64,000 nt of DNA from Takakia lepidozioides. Lineage: Eukaryota > Plantae > Bryophyta. Of the stretch, positions 26,376-38,658 are shown piece by piece; positions within the stretch are counted from its first letter, which is position 1, and every line of letters starts with the position of its first letter. The DNA is taken from positions 44,330,001 to 44,394,000 of the forward strand of contig CM060731.1 of assembly GCA_030704615.1 (NCBI GenBank), given 5' to 3'. The notes beneath the pieces are model-generated. The model was not told the origin of the DNA. It did not search any database and worked only from the letters and a program-made list of their open reading frames with translations. The position numbers were made by a program, and so were the translations under genes.

Positions 26376-26795
26376 ATGATCTTTAACATCCATTCTTGGA
26401 ATATCAGGGAGCTAGGATCAGACCAGGCCTCTCTCAATAGACTCAAGATCAAAACATGGCTAGCTCCCTTTCAGTCCAATGATTCAATAATTTTTTTGCA
26501 AGAACACAAACTAGATCAGGAGAAAATAGATAATCTTACGGATTACTTATGGCCCAAGGCCAATGCACTCTAGAAACCTACTTCTTCAGGCACATAGGGG
26601 GGACAACAATATTGCTTTCCCCCTCCATTCAGCCCCTTCTTTTATCTCATGACATATGGATCCCAGGCAGGCTGCAATTCTGCTCGTTGTCGCTACCAAA
26701 CTCAGGTGGCTCCATAGGGTTGGTGAATATATACGCACCCCTCTGGGAGGGATCAGAATTTTGGAATACCCTTAACCTCCGAATGATAGCAGCCT
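26376..26795 (+). pseudogene. LINE ORF2 APE endonuclease N-terminus, truncated by an LTR
   Basis: MIFNIHSWNIRELG..IIFLQEHKL, then GGTTILLS..LVNIYAP in a shifted frame. Confidence 0.85.
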
Positions 26796-29090
26796 TGTTA
26801 GAGGGCTGTCTGGGACATTTTTATGGGTTCTGTGGTGGTAGACAGGCTTATACAGTCAGTCACAGCCTTACACAGTTAGACACAACTTGACACAGCTTGT
26901 CACGGGCTTACACAGCCTTACACAGCCTTGCACAGCTTGTCACAGCCCGACACAGCCCGACACAGCCAGTCATAGCTTGACACAGCTTGACATAGCCAGT
27001 CACAATCCAACACAGCCAGTCACAGCCGACATAGTTGGGCACAGCCCGAGCATTCGCAGGGAACGGTTACCATGGCAGGGAACGGCTGTGTGGGAACGAC
27101 ATCGGTAGAGGGAACGTGTATTCTATCTGGATGACAGTAAGTTAGTTAGGCAGTTAGAACAGCTTGCAGGTAGAAAAGGCAGGGTAACAATGTGGAGAGG
27201 GACACTTCTTGCATCACGACTTGGCCTTCAGGGAGAGAGGACGATCGGGAGCTGAGGAATGGAGAGCGCAGTGAAGGAGGAGACACGAACTGTTGATGCT
27301 TGATTCATGCAAGCTGTAGAGTTATACTGTAGAGCAGATTAGAGACACCATGGCTTTGGCCTGTTACTTGATATAACTTAATCTGTTACATATTCCATAC
27401 TCACACTGTGTAGAGAGACCTAAGGGAAACTGTGGGATGAATGGAAGATTGATTGGAACCTGGTGGATTGCTGAAACAAACTGATACTTAAATATAAACA
27501 GAAAGGTAACTTGCTGACATGAAGGCAAGAAGGAATACAAACAGGAAGCACTTCCATGATACACTAGCTGTAGGTCATGACCGATTGTTCTGAGCGGGCT
27601 GAGTGCTTAGAGATATCCAACTCTTCTATCTTGGAGTTTCCACTCGGATAGCGAAGGGATGGGTGAGTAAAAGCCGCTCGACATTTGGCGACCATACTGG
27701 GGAACTGAGTCAAGAACAACCAGATGTGACAGGCATCTAGTGGGATTATGGTGGTTGGAGAATTAAAGAATTTGATGTGAATCAAATTCCCTGTGGAACT
27801 GAGAAAGAAAGGTTGTCCAAACAATTCTTTCAGACGTTTTTGGAATTGCCAGACGGTTGCAAAGAAAACATTCTTAAGAGAGTGCATGATGCTGATCCTG
27901 AGTGGGGTCTGGAGAAGGGAGTAATAAAGATTTATCAAGTGGCCTATAGAGGGAGAGCAATTTGGTTACCAACATTGGTTTATGTGATAGCATTGCTATC
28001 CATTAAGCGAGTGGAGTTTGAAAGTTGGGAGGAGCGGAAAGTGAATGTTTTACTCATATGCATGAAGAGCTTGTACTGGTAAAGAATTGGATTCCTAAGG
28101 ATATCCTGTGGATCAAACTTACACCAAGAACAGCTTTCCAGACGTGCTTACCATATGCTTATATGGTAACAGAGACTTCAAGTATAGCCAAGGGTGCATT
28201 AAAGCTTGAAAGAAATCCAGGCATATACGAGAGATACTACAGAAGAAAGTTTTGGTTATTGCCTCATTGAAGATATGAAAGACATGGGACATGAGTAATG
28301 AAAGAGAAGCTAGACTCCACAGATATTCAGCGAAAAGATAAATTTATTTGAAAGCTAATTATCCATATCTTTGGGAGAGAGGAATAGACATAGGGGAATG
28401 ATCATCTGGACCTCTCACACCATTAAGATCAGAGAGTACATCACCCATACCGGAAGAACCAGAGTTGGATGCCACTCCTTCTTATTCTTTACAAGAAAGA
28501 TCAAGGGATTTGGTACAGGAAGAAGATCAGCCACGAGGGGAGAGATCTGAGGTACATCCCTCGATTAAAGATTTGACAGAAATCTTTGATCAGAGTTGGC
28601 ATGGAACACCAAAAGCAGGAACTCCAGTTTCTGAAGCACAAGACAAAGAAGGAGAGGAGGATGTGACAGAGCTAACGGAGAGTTCAGACTCTCCAACACC
28701 ACTCCAGTTGAGTTATATGAGTGAGGAAGAGGAAATCCAAGAGAAGAACTTGGAAGATGAAGAGTATGAAGAAGTAGACCCAACAGTTGAGGTTGAGACT
28801 GCAACCAGGACATCCCAACCTGTTGGACCTGGATCAAGTGGAGCACTTGAATCACAGGCCAACAAAAGGGGATCAGGCGGGCAGCTTGGATCTGGCTCTG
28901 GGGGGACAAGGAGTGTGGGAAGTAGTGCAACTGGAGCTGGGAATACAATAAGTACAGTGGGGCCAGAAGCAGGGAGTGCTCAGGGGCCAACACCTGGTGG
29001 GAATTCCACCACTACAACAGTAGGTCCTCAAGGACCAGCACCAATAGGAGGACCAGCACCTGTCAGTGGGCAGGGTTTAGGGCCACAGAT
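26796..29090 (+). mobile_element. Gypsy copy 3 (LTR 26796-27683, PBS 27686-27703, ORF0 27577-28270, gag N-terminus from 28291), truncated
   Basis: Homologous to copy 1 in the opposite orientation. Gag similarity ends abruptly after GPQM at about 29090. Confidence 0.92.
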
Positions 29091-30070
29091 GCATGGGGGG
29101 TGCACCCCAGCCAACCTGTATCAGCCACGTGCGTGCACAGGAGGGGGTATTTTTAACCCCCCCATATACAACATTATACATACATAGGGGGGGTAAGCAA
29201 CCTTAAATATAAGTCTACAGCAAAGGGTTAGTATGATTAGGAGGGTAGCGTAGTGGTAAGGGTCACCACTGTCATGACTCTCATCACAGGTTTAAATCTC
29301 TCGACCAGTATCTTGAATTTTTCGAAAACTTTGAAAATATGTATATATCGCAATGCAGATTTGAGCTCAAGACCACCTGCACACCACGACCAACTCCATA
29401 CCACTAGGCTAGTCCATGATTCTTAAACTAGCTACAATGTTAAACAATAATATACAATAAAGACAATGTTTTGTTTTGTATCATTGTTGAGATCTCCCCA
29501 ACCGCGGGGCCCCAGCCCTGGTGTTTGGTATCATTAGAAAGCCCTCGATGAGGAGGGGTGCGGCTTGGTCTCATAATTTTGGAAACTTGCGAAAAATAGC
29601 AAAATGGGCTTTCTTGCAACAATTACTGGCCCTTTATTTATCCTTTGTACACGGGGACATAAATGTAAATAATCGGGTTTTTTTTTCCAAATATGGCATG
29701 AACACAATATTGTTTGTAGGGTCCTTGAGATCTCCCAAACCGTAGGGCCTCTAGCCACGATTTTGGTACCGTTGGAAAGCCCTCAATGAGTAGGGATGCA
29801 CCAACTTGGTTTCATAAAATTTGGACCTACATAGTAGTACAGGCCGAGGTCTATTTTTAAATGAATAAACTTGATATAATAATAATAATAAATACGTATA
29901 CATATTTGAGGGTATTTTTTAATGATTCAAAAAATATATATACATACAGCAGGGGGTATTTTTTAAAAATTACAAATTTCTATATATTTACAGGAGGGGG
30001 TTTTATAATCTTCAAAATGTATGTACAGAGGGGGTATAAATGATCCAAGGACCCGTATATAGGGGGTTTT
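29091..30070. repeat. AT-rich non-coding insertion with repeated GGGGGTAT motifs and an internal direct repeat of about 130 bp (about 29460 and 29700)
   Basis: Interrupts gag; repeated acaggagggggtattttt-like motifs; duplicated ttgagatctccc..ccgyrgggcc..gaaagccctc block. Confidence 0.5.
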
Positions 30071-30328
30071 TTAGAGAGTGTCTTTTTCAATTAACATGGA
30101 AATGCGAAGAGAACAAATTATCCCCTCACGATTTGAAACAGATGTGCGTTAATTTTCTATAACGGCTTCTACATTTGACCAGTTCATGTAAGCTCCTCAC
30201 CAAGTGATTTATCGCACCCAGGAGCAGGTTGTGGGACTGGTTTCTGTAGTGGAAGGTTTCCCGCAACACCACCTTCACATCCTGGAAGACTCAAGAGTTC
30301 TCCAATGACTATGGGCTGCAACGGTAGG

Positions 30329-30520
30329 ACCGCCTGTGCCCAGCTTGCACAGGGCGCAACCAGGAAATTGAAACCTATGAACACTTCTTCTTTTATTGCC
30401 CTCTATATTACGAGATCCGTGGGAGATTCCACTGTCTATTCCGTGGAGCTCAAGGTCTCACTGAAGTCTTCCACTATGAGGATAAAAAATGTTTGGCAAC
30501 TTACCTACACGATGCCTTGA
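30329..30520 (+). pseudogene. LINE ORF2 C-terminal zinc-knuckle fragment
   Basis: DRLCPACTGRNQEIETYEHFFFYCPLYYEIR (CxxC..HxxxxC). Confidence 0.7.
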
Positions 30521-31222
30521 CCCTTAGAGGAGATTGGGCTGCTCAGACACAGCAGATTGATGCTTGTGTGAAGGGCTTCCTAGAGGATATCTGGAGAGCC
30601 CGAACTAATTGAAAGGGAAATGGCATAGGAACATGAAGAACGTTGTCTTGTACCTCTGTTCACCAACTTTGAAAATCTTGAGGCTGACCCTCGAGCCCCG
30701 GCATTGTTGGGTGTCAGTTGCTGGGCAGCTCACACACAACAAGTCCATGCTTGTGTGAAGTGGGGCACTGGCGTCTATGGCCAGAAAACTACAACAAACA
30801 TAGTCCTCTGAGTACATTCTCTCTGTCTCTCTCCCTCTCCCTGTCGTGCCTTTGAACAGCAAACAGAAGCAAAGAGGAAAATCTTTGTGCAATGAGAAGC
30901 CCATACTATTTCCTGTAGTTATATGCTGAGGAAACTGTTACAGATTTACCAGGATTTGGGCATTGTGGGGCTCCTCACCTGATTGATTAATCAAGTTGTC
31001 ACTCTCTATCAGTGCAGAGCTGGCTCCTGCTCCGTCCTCCTCAGTTATCCAAAAACTTTCAGGAGCATTTGCTTGCTGCCCCTGTGAGATAAAGTCTGGG
31101 AGGGCGAGATAGGGGGTGATGGAGGCGGGCTGGAGAAGCTCCCCAGTTCATTCAACTTGGGCTTTACTGGTGCTGAGAAAAACTTTGTGATGGGGTTCAT
31201 ACCCTACAAAGAAACAAAGTTG

Positions 31223-31480
31223 TTAATTTAAATTTTTGTCCATTATGATATAGTCCACAATGGAACGTTCCCCAGTTTGGGATTTCTCACGAGTCCACTG
31301 CACTTGGTCACCTCTTGTCTTGTTATTCAAGGTCAAAAACTGAAGCTCTTCCAGACAGTTAATTAACCGTCTGCCATTAGAATTCAGCTCGTCCTCACCA
31401 GAAGACCCAATGATATCGTCCTGATGGAGCCCTTTGCCCACTTGCGCATTGAAGTCACCTTGCAATAGCACCACAAACAT
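31223..31480 (-). pseudogene. LINE APE endonuclease fragment
   Basis: GDFNAQVG..NSNGRRL..WT..SIVDYII. Confidence 0.85.
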
Positions 31481-31770
31481 GAAGAGAAGCTTTAGAATCT
31501 GACACTTTTCTGCCCCCAGTCAATGGTGGGACAATGTGGGTGGATGGTCAACTGGAAACTGCAGCGGCAACAGCGCAATTGATAGAGCAAGGCATTGCTG
31601 ATGAAGGTACCTTCTTCAACACATTTCAGCCTGAGGGCACCTTCTGGTTAGACCTGTTTCAGCCTGTTTTTCCTCTCATCCTCCTCAGCCTTGAAGCATA
31701 TGTATTGAATTCTGTAAGTTAGCTCGTTGGGTGGATTTGCGGTGCGTTGGAGTGACTTTGCAAGTTTAGG
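31478..31770 (-). repeat. Dispersed repeat; second copy inverted at about 45047-45290
   Basis: Shared blocks tgtcccaccattgactgggg..aaaagtgt and acgarctaacttaca..attca..caggctgaaa..agaaggtgccctca. Confidence 0.7.
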
Positions 31771-32417
31771 GCCGAGGTGGCAGCATGACAGGGAGGGGTA
31801 GCTGTTGATGCAGGGAGAGGATCGTGGGTGAAAAATCATCCAAGAGGGCCAGATTTGGAGCAAGGAACAGCGCTGGCAGGAGTTCTATAAATATGATCCA
31901 CAACGGTGGGACAATATTGTCAACAAGGTGAGCTTTCTTCATGCAACATCGTAGGGAGTTTGACAGAACTTTGTATTTAAATATGTTAGTGTGGAGGGAG
32001 GGGTAGCCGCTGATGCAAGGATGGACTGTGGGTTCAGGATCACCCAAGAGGGCTACCAGCAGTGGAAGTAGCAGCATTTGGTCAATAGCAGCAGCAAGAA
32101 TTAGCAACGTCAAACTCATCAATCAGGTACTTGCTTCTGTATACATTTCATCCTCTTATCAACGTAGTCCATGCTTGGACAGCCTATAGGGTTGTATAAA
32201 ACAGGTGTCAAACTAAACTTGACACCTAACTTAACACTTGACCTAAGATACCCCATGCCCGCCGGAGCCACGAGTTCACCGACCAGCCGAACGCGGACAA
32301 AGCGGCAATACGGCTTCTATACAGGTACATACGCGATGCCTTTATTTGTAATCCCTACAATTCCAGGGTGCAAGACGCCTTATGTGGCGCATGAAAATTA
32401 GTTGTGAAGAAGTCCCT

Positions 32418-32806
32418 GGAAAAATGGCGCCAAATTTCCTGATTCGGGCCCTGGGGGGGTCGCTGTCCCGAGGGTGGCTGGTACTCAGTCTGGAAATTCG
32501 GCGCCATTTTTCCAGTTCCGGGCCCAGTCAGTTCTGGGACTTAGCCATTTTCGGACACAACCTGGGAAAATGGCGCCAAATTTCCAGCACAATGCCCCGA
32601 AAATGGTCAAGTCCCTGGTGCGGATGGCACACATTCTGGAAATTTGGCGCCATTTTTCCAAGCCGTGTCCGAAAATGGCTAAGTCCTAGAAGTGACTAGG
32701 CCCGGAACTGGAAAAATGGCGCCGAATTCCCAGAATGGGTGCCAGCCACCCCCGGAACTTAGACATTTTTGGGGCCTGGTACTAGAAATTCGGCGCCATT
32801 TTTCCA
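32418..32806. repeat. Six GGAAAWWYGGCGCCRWWTTTCC-type palindromes, alternating orientation, 72/74-bp spacing
   Basis: Cores at 32426, 32500, 32572, 32646, 32718, 32792. Confidence 0.9.
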
Positions 32807-32835
32807 GGCTGGGTCCGAAAGTGGCAGAAAGGGCT

Positions 32836-33730
32836 TGTCGAGCGGCTTTTACTCACCCATCCCTTTGCTATCCGAGGTAAAAACTCCAAGATAGAAGAGT
32901 TGGATATCTCTAAGCACTGAGCCCGCTCAAAACAATCAGTCATGACCTACAGCTAGTGTATCATGGTTGTGCTTCCTGTGTTTCTCGTCGTCCTCAACAT
33001 GGTCAACCACCGGCGGAAGCACCTCGAGCACTCTCCCCGTCTCTACTGCCCTCTCCCCGGCTTCACCTCGAACTCCCACAATCCGTGCTATTTGTGGTGT
33101 TCTTTCCCCTCCTCTAGTCTCCACCGTATGGGTAATTGTGGGGGCTGCTCTCACCCGCGATGGTGTAACCGGTAAGGATGCAGCCGGTGTGTTACTGCCT
33201 GTTTCTGGTGTCTTGGAGGGATCCACTGTCTCTGTGCGTCCCTCGCTTACATGGGCATCTGTCATTTCAACACCCCTAGCCTCTTCAGTGGCCTTTTCTC
33301 TTGCCTCCTGGCTAGCCTTCTGTCTAGCCTGTTCTTTTGCCCTCTCTTTTGCCCTCTCACGGGCCTTCTGTTTCTTACTAGGGGTAGCAGCAGGGGAGGC
33401 CTCCAGGACGACCACATTTGAGGGAGGCGAACTGACACCCTCACGCGCCCTGTTCACTCCCCCCTCCGCAGCCTGTGACGGCTCTCTCGCCGGGGATTGC
33501 AAGTGCTTGGCTTTCTTCTTCTTCTTTGCGTGGGCGGGCACTATTGCATGTGCATCAGCTTCCTCCATTGGCGGATCTGCTGTCTTCATCCGACGCCCTT
33601 CACCTGCCATGCCGCCTGCACCAACCTCCCGAATGCCTATTCTGGCGTACTCTCGCTACAGGTCCTCATGTCCACCAACAAAAGGAGCAAGATTTTGTTT
33701 GCCCTCCCCCCCCAACTTGGGCGATCCAAA
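32836..33730 (-). mobile_element. Gypsy remnant: low-complexity accessory ORF joined to the last ~145 bp of an LTR (32836-32980), nested in element B
   Basis: tgtcgagcggcttttactcaccc..catgacctacagctag matches the LTR end (closest to copy 3). It then switches to the K/E/A-rich ORF 32936..33610. Confidence 0.65.
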
Positions 33731-34495
33731 CATGCAAAGCACCAAGTCCGACGTCTGCTGCCGACGACTGTCTGACTGCGCTTGATGACTAGCGACTTTT
33801 AGAGTGACTGCTCGAGCAGTTGGAGTTGTCGATGATACCACCACCGTGTCGTGCTCGTCTTCACTCTGTCATCCCAAACAATCGTGAGAACCACCATCGC
33901 AATGAAATGGAAGCAACAAATGAGTGGCATGGAACAACAATTTAAACAAACCCAAGCAATGGCTAACAATCACATGCAGAAGCAGCAGAAGAATGCCAAA
34001 ACAAACAAAACAAAGCGAAAAAATCCGCACATGTTACATAAAGCGAAAGCAGGGGCTTGCCTGAGAGTGCTCGGCTTCAATTGGCGCGGGCTGTGAGCAA
34101 GACAAGGGGATCTCCTGCTGGAGCTTCAGTTTGGTCATGCGAGACATTGGACGCCGCCCGTAGTACAAAGGCTTAAGTTTGCGCCACGGTCTGGATGTGG
34201 GGTTTCTCTTAGGAGAGCCACGCCCTTCTCCACGCGGCATAAGTCCGAGTAAAAGGAAAAATCTCCCGCAAAATGTGTGTGTACAGGCCTTGAGTGGAAC
34301 TTCATCCACCCGTCACATCAGGTGTCGAATGCGTATCCGTTAAGCAAGCGCGGAATCCGTGTGGAACATCCGGTTCAAAACCGACGGCGGAGGACATTTA
34401 ATGCGCCACTGCGCCCTTAAATGTCATAGGTATGGAGGTTGGCCACAGGCGCCACCTGGCCCACCCTCCCCCCGAGAATTCATCATTCGCCCGCT

Positions 34496-34830
34496 GGATG
34501 GAAAAAACAGCGCCGAATTTCCATCCAGCGGATGAAGTAGGATGCAACGTGGCCCTCCCTCCGCCCGAGACATTTTCATCCAGAAGCCGCCGGATGGAGA
34601 ATCGGCGCCGAATTTCCATCCTGCAGGTAAGTTTGAGCGCGGCCGGATGGAAAACCGGCGCCGAATTTCCATCCTGCATGTAAACCGGAGCGTTGCAGGA
34701 TGGAAAACCGGCGTCGAATTTCCATCCAGCAGGTAAGCGGGAGTGCGGCCGGATGGAAAACCGGCGACGAATTTCCATCCCCCTGATAAATCCGTCCACC
34801 TCATGGATGGAAAACCGGCACCGAATTTGT
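34496..34830. repeat. Palindrome array with 53-bp period (GGATGGAAAACCGGCGCCGAATTTCCATCC)
   Basis: Cores at 34509, 34604, 34657, 34710, 34763, 34817. Confidence 0.9.
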
Positions 34831-34980
34831 CTCTAGCAGACGACATTGGTGGGAATAACGTGCCCAAAAGTGGCCCGCAGGCAAAAAATTCTAAGTTCAG
34901 TGTCTGATTAGACAAAAAAATGCGAAAAACTTGATGCAACGACTGAAAATTGTTGATGAAGGGTCGATACGGGCGTCTGT

Positions 34981-35880
34981 GGATGGATATTCGGCGCCAT
35001 TTTTCCATCCCGCATATGATCTCTGTCGACCTCTCCCCCCAAGACGACTTCATCCGTGCGCCCTCGGATGGAAATTTGGCGCCGTTTTTCCATCCGGGGG
35101 ATGTTCTCTGTCGGCCAGGTGTCGGCCTCTCCCCCCGAGACGACTTCATCCGTGCGCCCTCGGATGGAAATTTGGCGCCGTTTTTCCATCCGGGGGATGT
35201 TCTCTGTCGGCCAGGTGTTGGCCTCTCCCCCCGAGACGACTTCATCCGACCGGCCTCAGATGGAAATTCGGCACCATTTTCCCATCCGGGGGATGTTCTC
35301 TTTCGGCCAGGTGTCGGTCTCTCCCCCCGAGACGACTTCATCCGAATGGCCTCGGATGGAAATTCGGCGCCGTTTTTCCATCCGGGGGATGTTCTCTGTC
35401 GGCCAGGTGTCGGCCTCTCCCCCAGAGACAACTTCACCCGACCGGCCCCGGATGGAAATTCGGCGCCGTTTTTCCATCCGGGGGATGTTCTCTATCGGCT
35501 AGGTGTCGGCCTCTCCCCCCAAGACGACTTCATCCGACCGGCCTCGGATGGAAATTTGGCGCCGCTTTTTCCATCCGGGGGATGTTCTCTGTTGGTTAGC
35601 TGTCGGCCTCTCCCCCCAAGACGACTTCATCCATGCGGCCTCGGATGGAAACTCGGCGCCGTTTTTCCATCCGGGGGATGTTCTCTGTCGGCCAGGTGTC
35701 GGCCTCTCCCCCCGAGACGACTTCATCCGACCGGCCTCGGATGGAAATTCGGCGCCGTTTTTCCATCCGTGGGATGTTCTTTGTCGGCCAGGTGTCGGCC
35801 TCTCCCCCCGAGACGACTTCATCCGAACAGCCTCGGATGGAAATTCGGCGCCGTTTTTCCATCTGGGGGATGTTCTTTGG
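34981..35880. repeat. 96-bp tandem repeat, about 10 units, each with GGATGGAAATTCGGCGCCGTTTTTCCATCC
   Basis: Cores at 34993, 35078, 35174, 35270, 35366, 35462, 35558, 35655, 35751, 35847. Orientation is opposite to the 53-bp array. Confidence 0.95.
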
Positions 35881-36153
35881 CAGGCACGTGGGGCCGTCAC
35901 CCTCCGATGGGCCGTCACCCTCCGATTGGACGTCATGTCGAAGTAAATTCTGCGCCTCATTCCTGGGTACGGTTATATTAAATGCTGCTCTTTTCCTTTG
36001 CCACTTGCCTGACCTTCGCTCGTGACCCACGCGTTTCAAACCGAGACAGCAACAACACTTCCTCGCTCCGAGCTCCTCTCACTTCATCTTCCCCACACCC
36101 CCCCTTCCCTGTGCACCCTCTCTGCTTCCTGGCAGCCTTTTCAATAGTCGGCG

Positions 36154-36720
36154 ATGGCGTGCTGGGATCCCAGCAACTGCCCAAACAAGCATCTCACCCC
36201 GTGGGACTTCTCGCCCAAGTCAGGGGATATTTTCATATATCTGCAGGATTGGGTAGACCACTCTCAGCACAGGAGGGTGCACCTGTCCGCTCTTGAGTAC
36301 CTTCCTGGCTTCCACGATCAGCCTTGCGGGGACGGGCTTGCACGGCTTTGGTGCCTGCGAATCGTTGATTTGCAGTATCCGCCTATATGGAACATCCCCA
36401 AAACCCGCACGGCCTTCCTACATCATTGGAGGTGCTGCAAGTGGGCCTACGAGGATTGCATTGGGTGTACGTACATGCCAGAGAGGATTCCATCACAAAC
36501 AGTGTATGGGGACATTCTCATAAGCTACGAGGATGAGTCCTATGGACACAGAGTCTCCACAGCAAAGATCTCGATTTACGATGGTGCATACATCGGAGGA
36601 CATGACACTGTTGTGCACTACACCAAAGGAGAACAGGCTGCATCCATTGTCTTCACCTACCGACACCCTGTCAGTAATGAGCTTGTTGAGAGGCCAATCG
36701 AGGTTCCAGCTTCTTGGTGA
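36154..36720 (+). CDS. ORF-X, conserved uncharacterised transposon-borne protein (188 aa, open)
   Basis: Full-length protein similarity to 62781-63331 (-): RTAFLHHWRCCKWAYEDCIG vs RTALLYRWNCCEWTYDECIG; GDILISYEDE vs GDILFSYEDE; YRHPVSNELVERPIEVPASW vs YRHPVTEEVLERPVRVPSSW. Confidence 0.75.
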   Translation: MACWDPSNCPNKHLTPWDFSPKSGDIFIYLQDWVDHSQHRRVHLSALEYLPGFHDQPCGDGLARLWCLRIVDLQYPPIWNIPKTRTAFLHHWRCCKWAYEDCIGCTYMPERIPSQTVYGDILISYEDESYGHRVSTAKISIYDGAYIGGHDTVVHYTKGEQAASIVFTYRHPVSNELVERPIEVPASW

Positions 36721-37301
36721 GAAGAGTGCAATATGGGAGAAAATTCCCAACTTACCTGAGCATGGATGGCATGCATACTTTTGGCTTCCCTCGGCTTGTG
36801 AGGGCATGCATACTTGTCAAAGTTCATTATTAATAAAAATGTCTCCTTTGAACCAAAGTTCCACTTTTGCGCAATGATGCATTTTGTTGAATGTTGATTT
36901 TTGGCTGCGAGGGTCTGACACTCAATCTTGCAATCAGACCCACTGGAATGCCACCTGTGTCAGTTCCCTCTGTCCATGGGGAAGGTGCTTGCACGCTCGC
37001 CCCCCCACACTTCTTGTCAGACGCCGTAATTATTGGTTTGCACTGCGCATCTGCACATGTCATATACCTTCTGACTGCATACCGCTGGCAGTTATTGCGC
37101 AAAGGCCAGGGGCCGCATTCTGGAGACAAGGTTCATTAACACTCTGACAGTGGATTTTTGGGAGAGTGGGCTCCCCAGATTTGTGAATAGGCTTCGTCAC
37201 TCGGAAAAATCGGCCCTGCATTCTTTCCCCTCGCTGCATCCCCCCTTCTCTCAGGGCGCTTGCCGGAACGCCGTCCTGGCAGTCTTGTGTGCACATCTAC
37301 C

Positions 37302-37972
37302 ATGGCAGAAAACCCGAGCGCTATAGTGTACTGCCCTCCTCACGAGCATAGAGCTATATTTCCGTGCAGAGGGGAGATCTGCCAGGTGATGGAGAAATAT
37401 CTGTGCGTTCGATACCACCTGAAACCGGGGTCGGTACGTCCCAGCCCACGCATTTCCAGTTCCTTCCAGCCATTGCAGATTGCTCGGTCCAGTAGAGACG
37501 GAGTGGACAATTCTGCACATCCCACAATGCGATTCGGAAGAGTGAAGAGACGATACCTCCCAACAAGTTGAATGAGACTCAGATTGCCAATGCTCTTGGG
37601 ATGGCTTGCACTATTCAGAGCTCCGTGGACGTACCCCCACCCGGCCTTGGGTGTCTTTATCGGATGGCAACGGCCGGCTCAGCTGTCCGCGATGACGTAT
37701 ACACAATTACGATCGGAGTGGAGCCGACTTGCAATTGTACGGACTTCTCGTTGATGGAAGCAAAGAAGGGGTCAAAGTATTATCCATGCAAGCATCTGTA
37801 TTACATTTACATGAAGAGGTTGAGGATGAACTTGACTATTGATGACTTTATTCATGCACCAGCGTTGAGCGTGAACGAGCTGCACAAACTCCTCCGCTGG
37901 GATTCCATAATCATTGATGGGGCAAAGGGAATCCACCATATGGATATTTGCAATTGCATTTTGATGCATTAG
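37302..37972 (+). pseudogene. Internally deleted transposase: N-terminal domain fused to the C-terminal SWIM zinc finger
   Basis: AIFPC..VMEKYLCVRYHLKPGSV matches AKIPC..SEQYLCVKFGLRPGTV at 58503+. YTITIGVEPTCNCTDF..PCKHLYY is a SWIM (CxC..CxH). Confidence 0.8.
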
Positions 37973-38589
37973 ACTTTGTTTTGCAGTGTAGTGAAATGTA
38001 CCCCAAAACTCCTGGAATGAGACAGGCAATATTAAAGTAATGTCTCTTAAACACAATGGACTGCTGGATATCCGTTGACATCCAGTGGCAATTCAATGTC
38101 GAAACAGATTCAATACAAAGATGGCGGCAGGAAAAATTTGCAAATCTTCCAGAAAACTGAGTTCCAACAGTAGTAGTTGTGGGAGCCATTTCTGGAAAAA
38201 TGGTGCCGAATTTCCCTATTTGGGCCGAAAATTGGCTAAGTCCTAACATGTACGGGAATGATGTCTGGAAAAATGGAGCCGAATTTCCAGTTACATGGCC
38301 CAGAACTGCCCAACATCTGTGCAATTCCCAGCACCATGTACCGAAATTCGGCGCCACATTTCCAAATTTTGGGCTTACAATTCAACCATGTTGGGACCTA
38401 TAGCCGCGAAATTCGGCGCCATTTTTGCAAATGTCGCTCGGAATTCGCATGAGCGGAAGACGAAATATCATGAGCACGGCTCTCAAAACTACAATTTCTA
38501 CTTCAAACAATGAATATTATATTGGTTTTTGTCTGACACATTCTATTAAAATAATATTTTTAATGTTTTTTATTTCCAGAATTTGTACT

Positions 38590-38658
38590 TCTGCTCATGA
38601 AAACCGATTGTCTTACTACTCCGCTCATGCTGCTCATGCTCATGAAATAGCTAACCTC
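38590..38658 (-). repeat. Right terminus of element B (GAGGTTAGCTATTTCA-TGAGC repeats on the minus strand)
   Basis: Matches 50528-50548 GAGGTTTACTATTTCATGAGC. Confidence 0.8.

Larger units (their letters stand above)
22239..26795 (+). mobile_element. L1-type LINE remnant (ORF1 plus start of ORF2) with nested insertions
   Basis: ORF1: KGRGFFSIVFET (DUF4283-like) and CSNCGMNGHMKSNC knuckle. ORF2: SWNIRELG..FLQEHK..GGTTILL..VNIYAP endonuclease. Confidence 0.85.
32410..38658 (+). mobile_element. Element B: non-autonomous Mutator-like element related to element A; left end not found
   Basis: GGCGCC-palindrome arrays, ORF-X, deleted transposase with SWIM, right terminus GCTCATGAAATAGCTAACCTC matching the left end of A. 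Confidence 0.75.

Noticed and set aside
34398-36039. Long ORFs in several frames (e.g. 34950..35981, 34424..35437)
   Set aside because: By-products of a GC-rich 96-bp (multiple of 3) tandem repeat.
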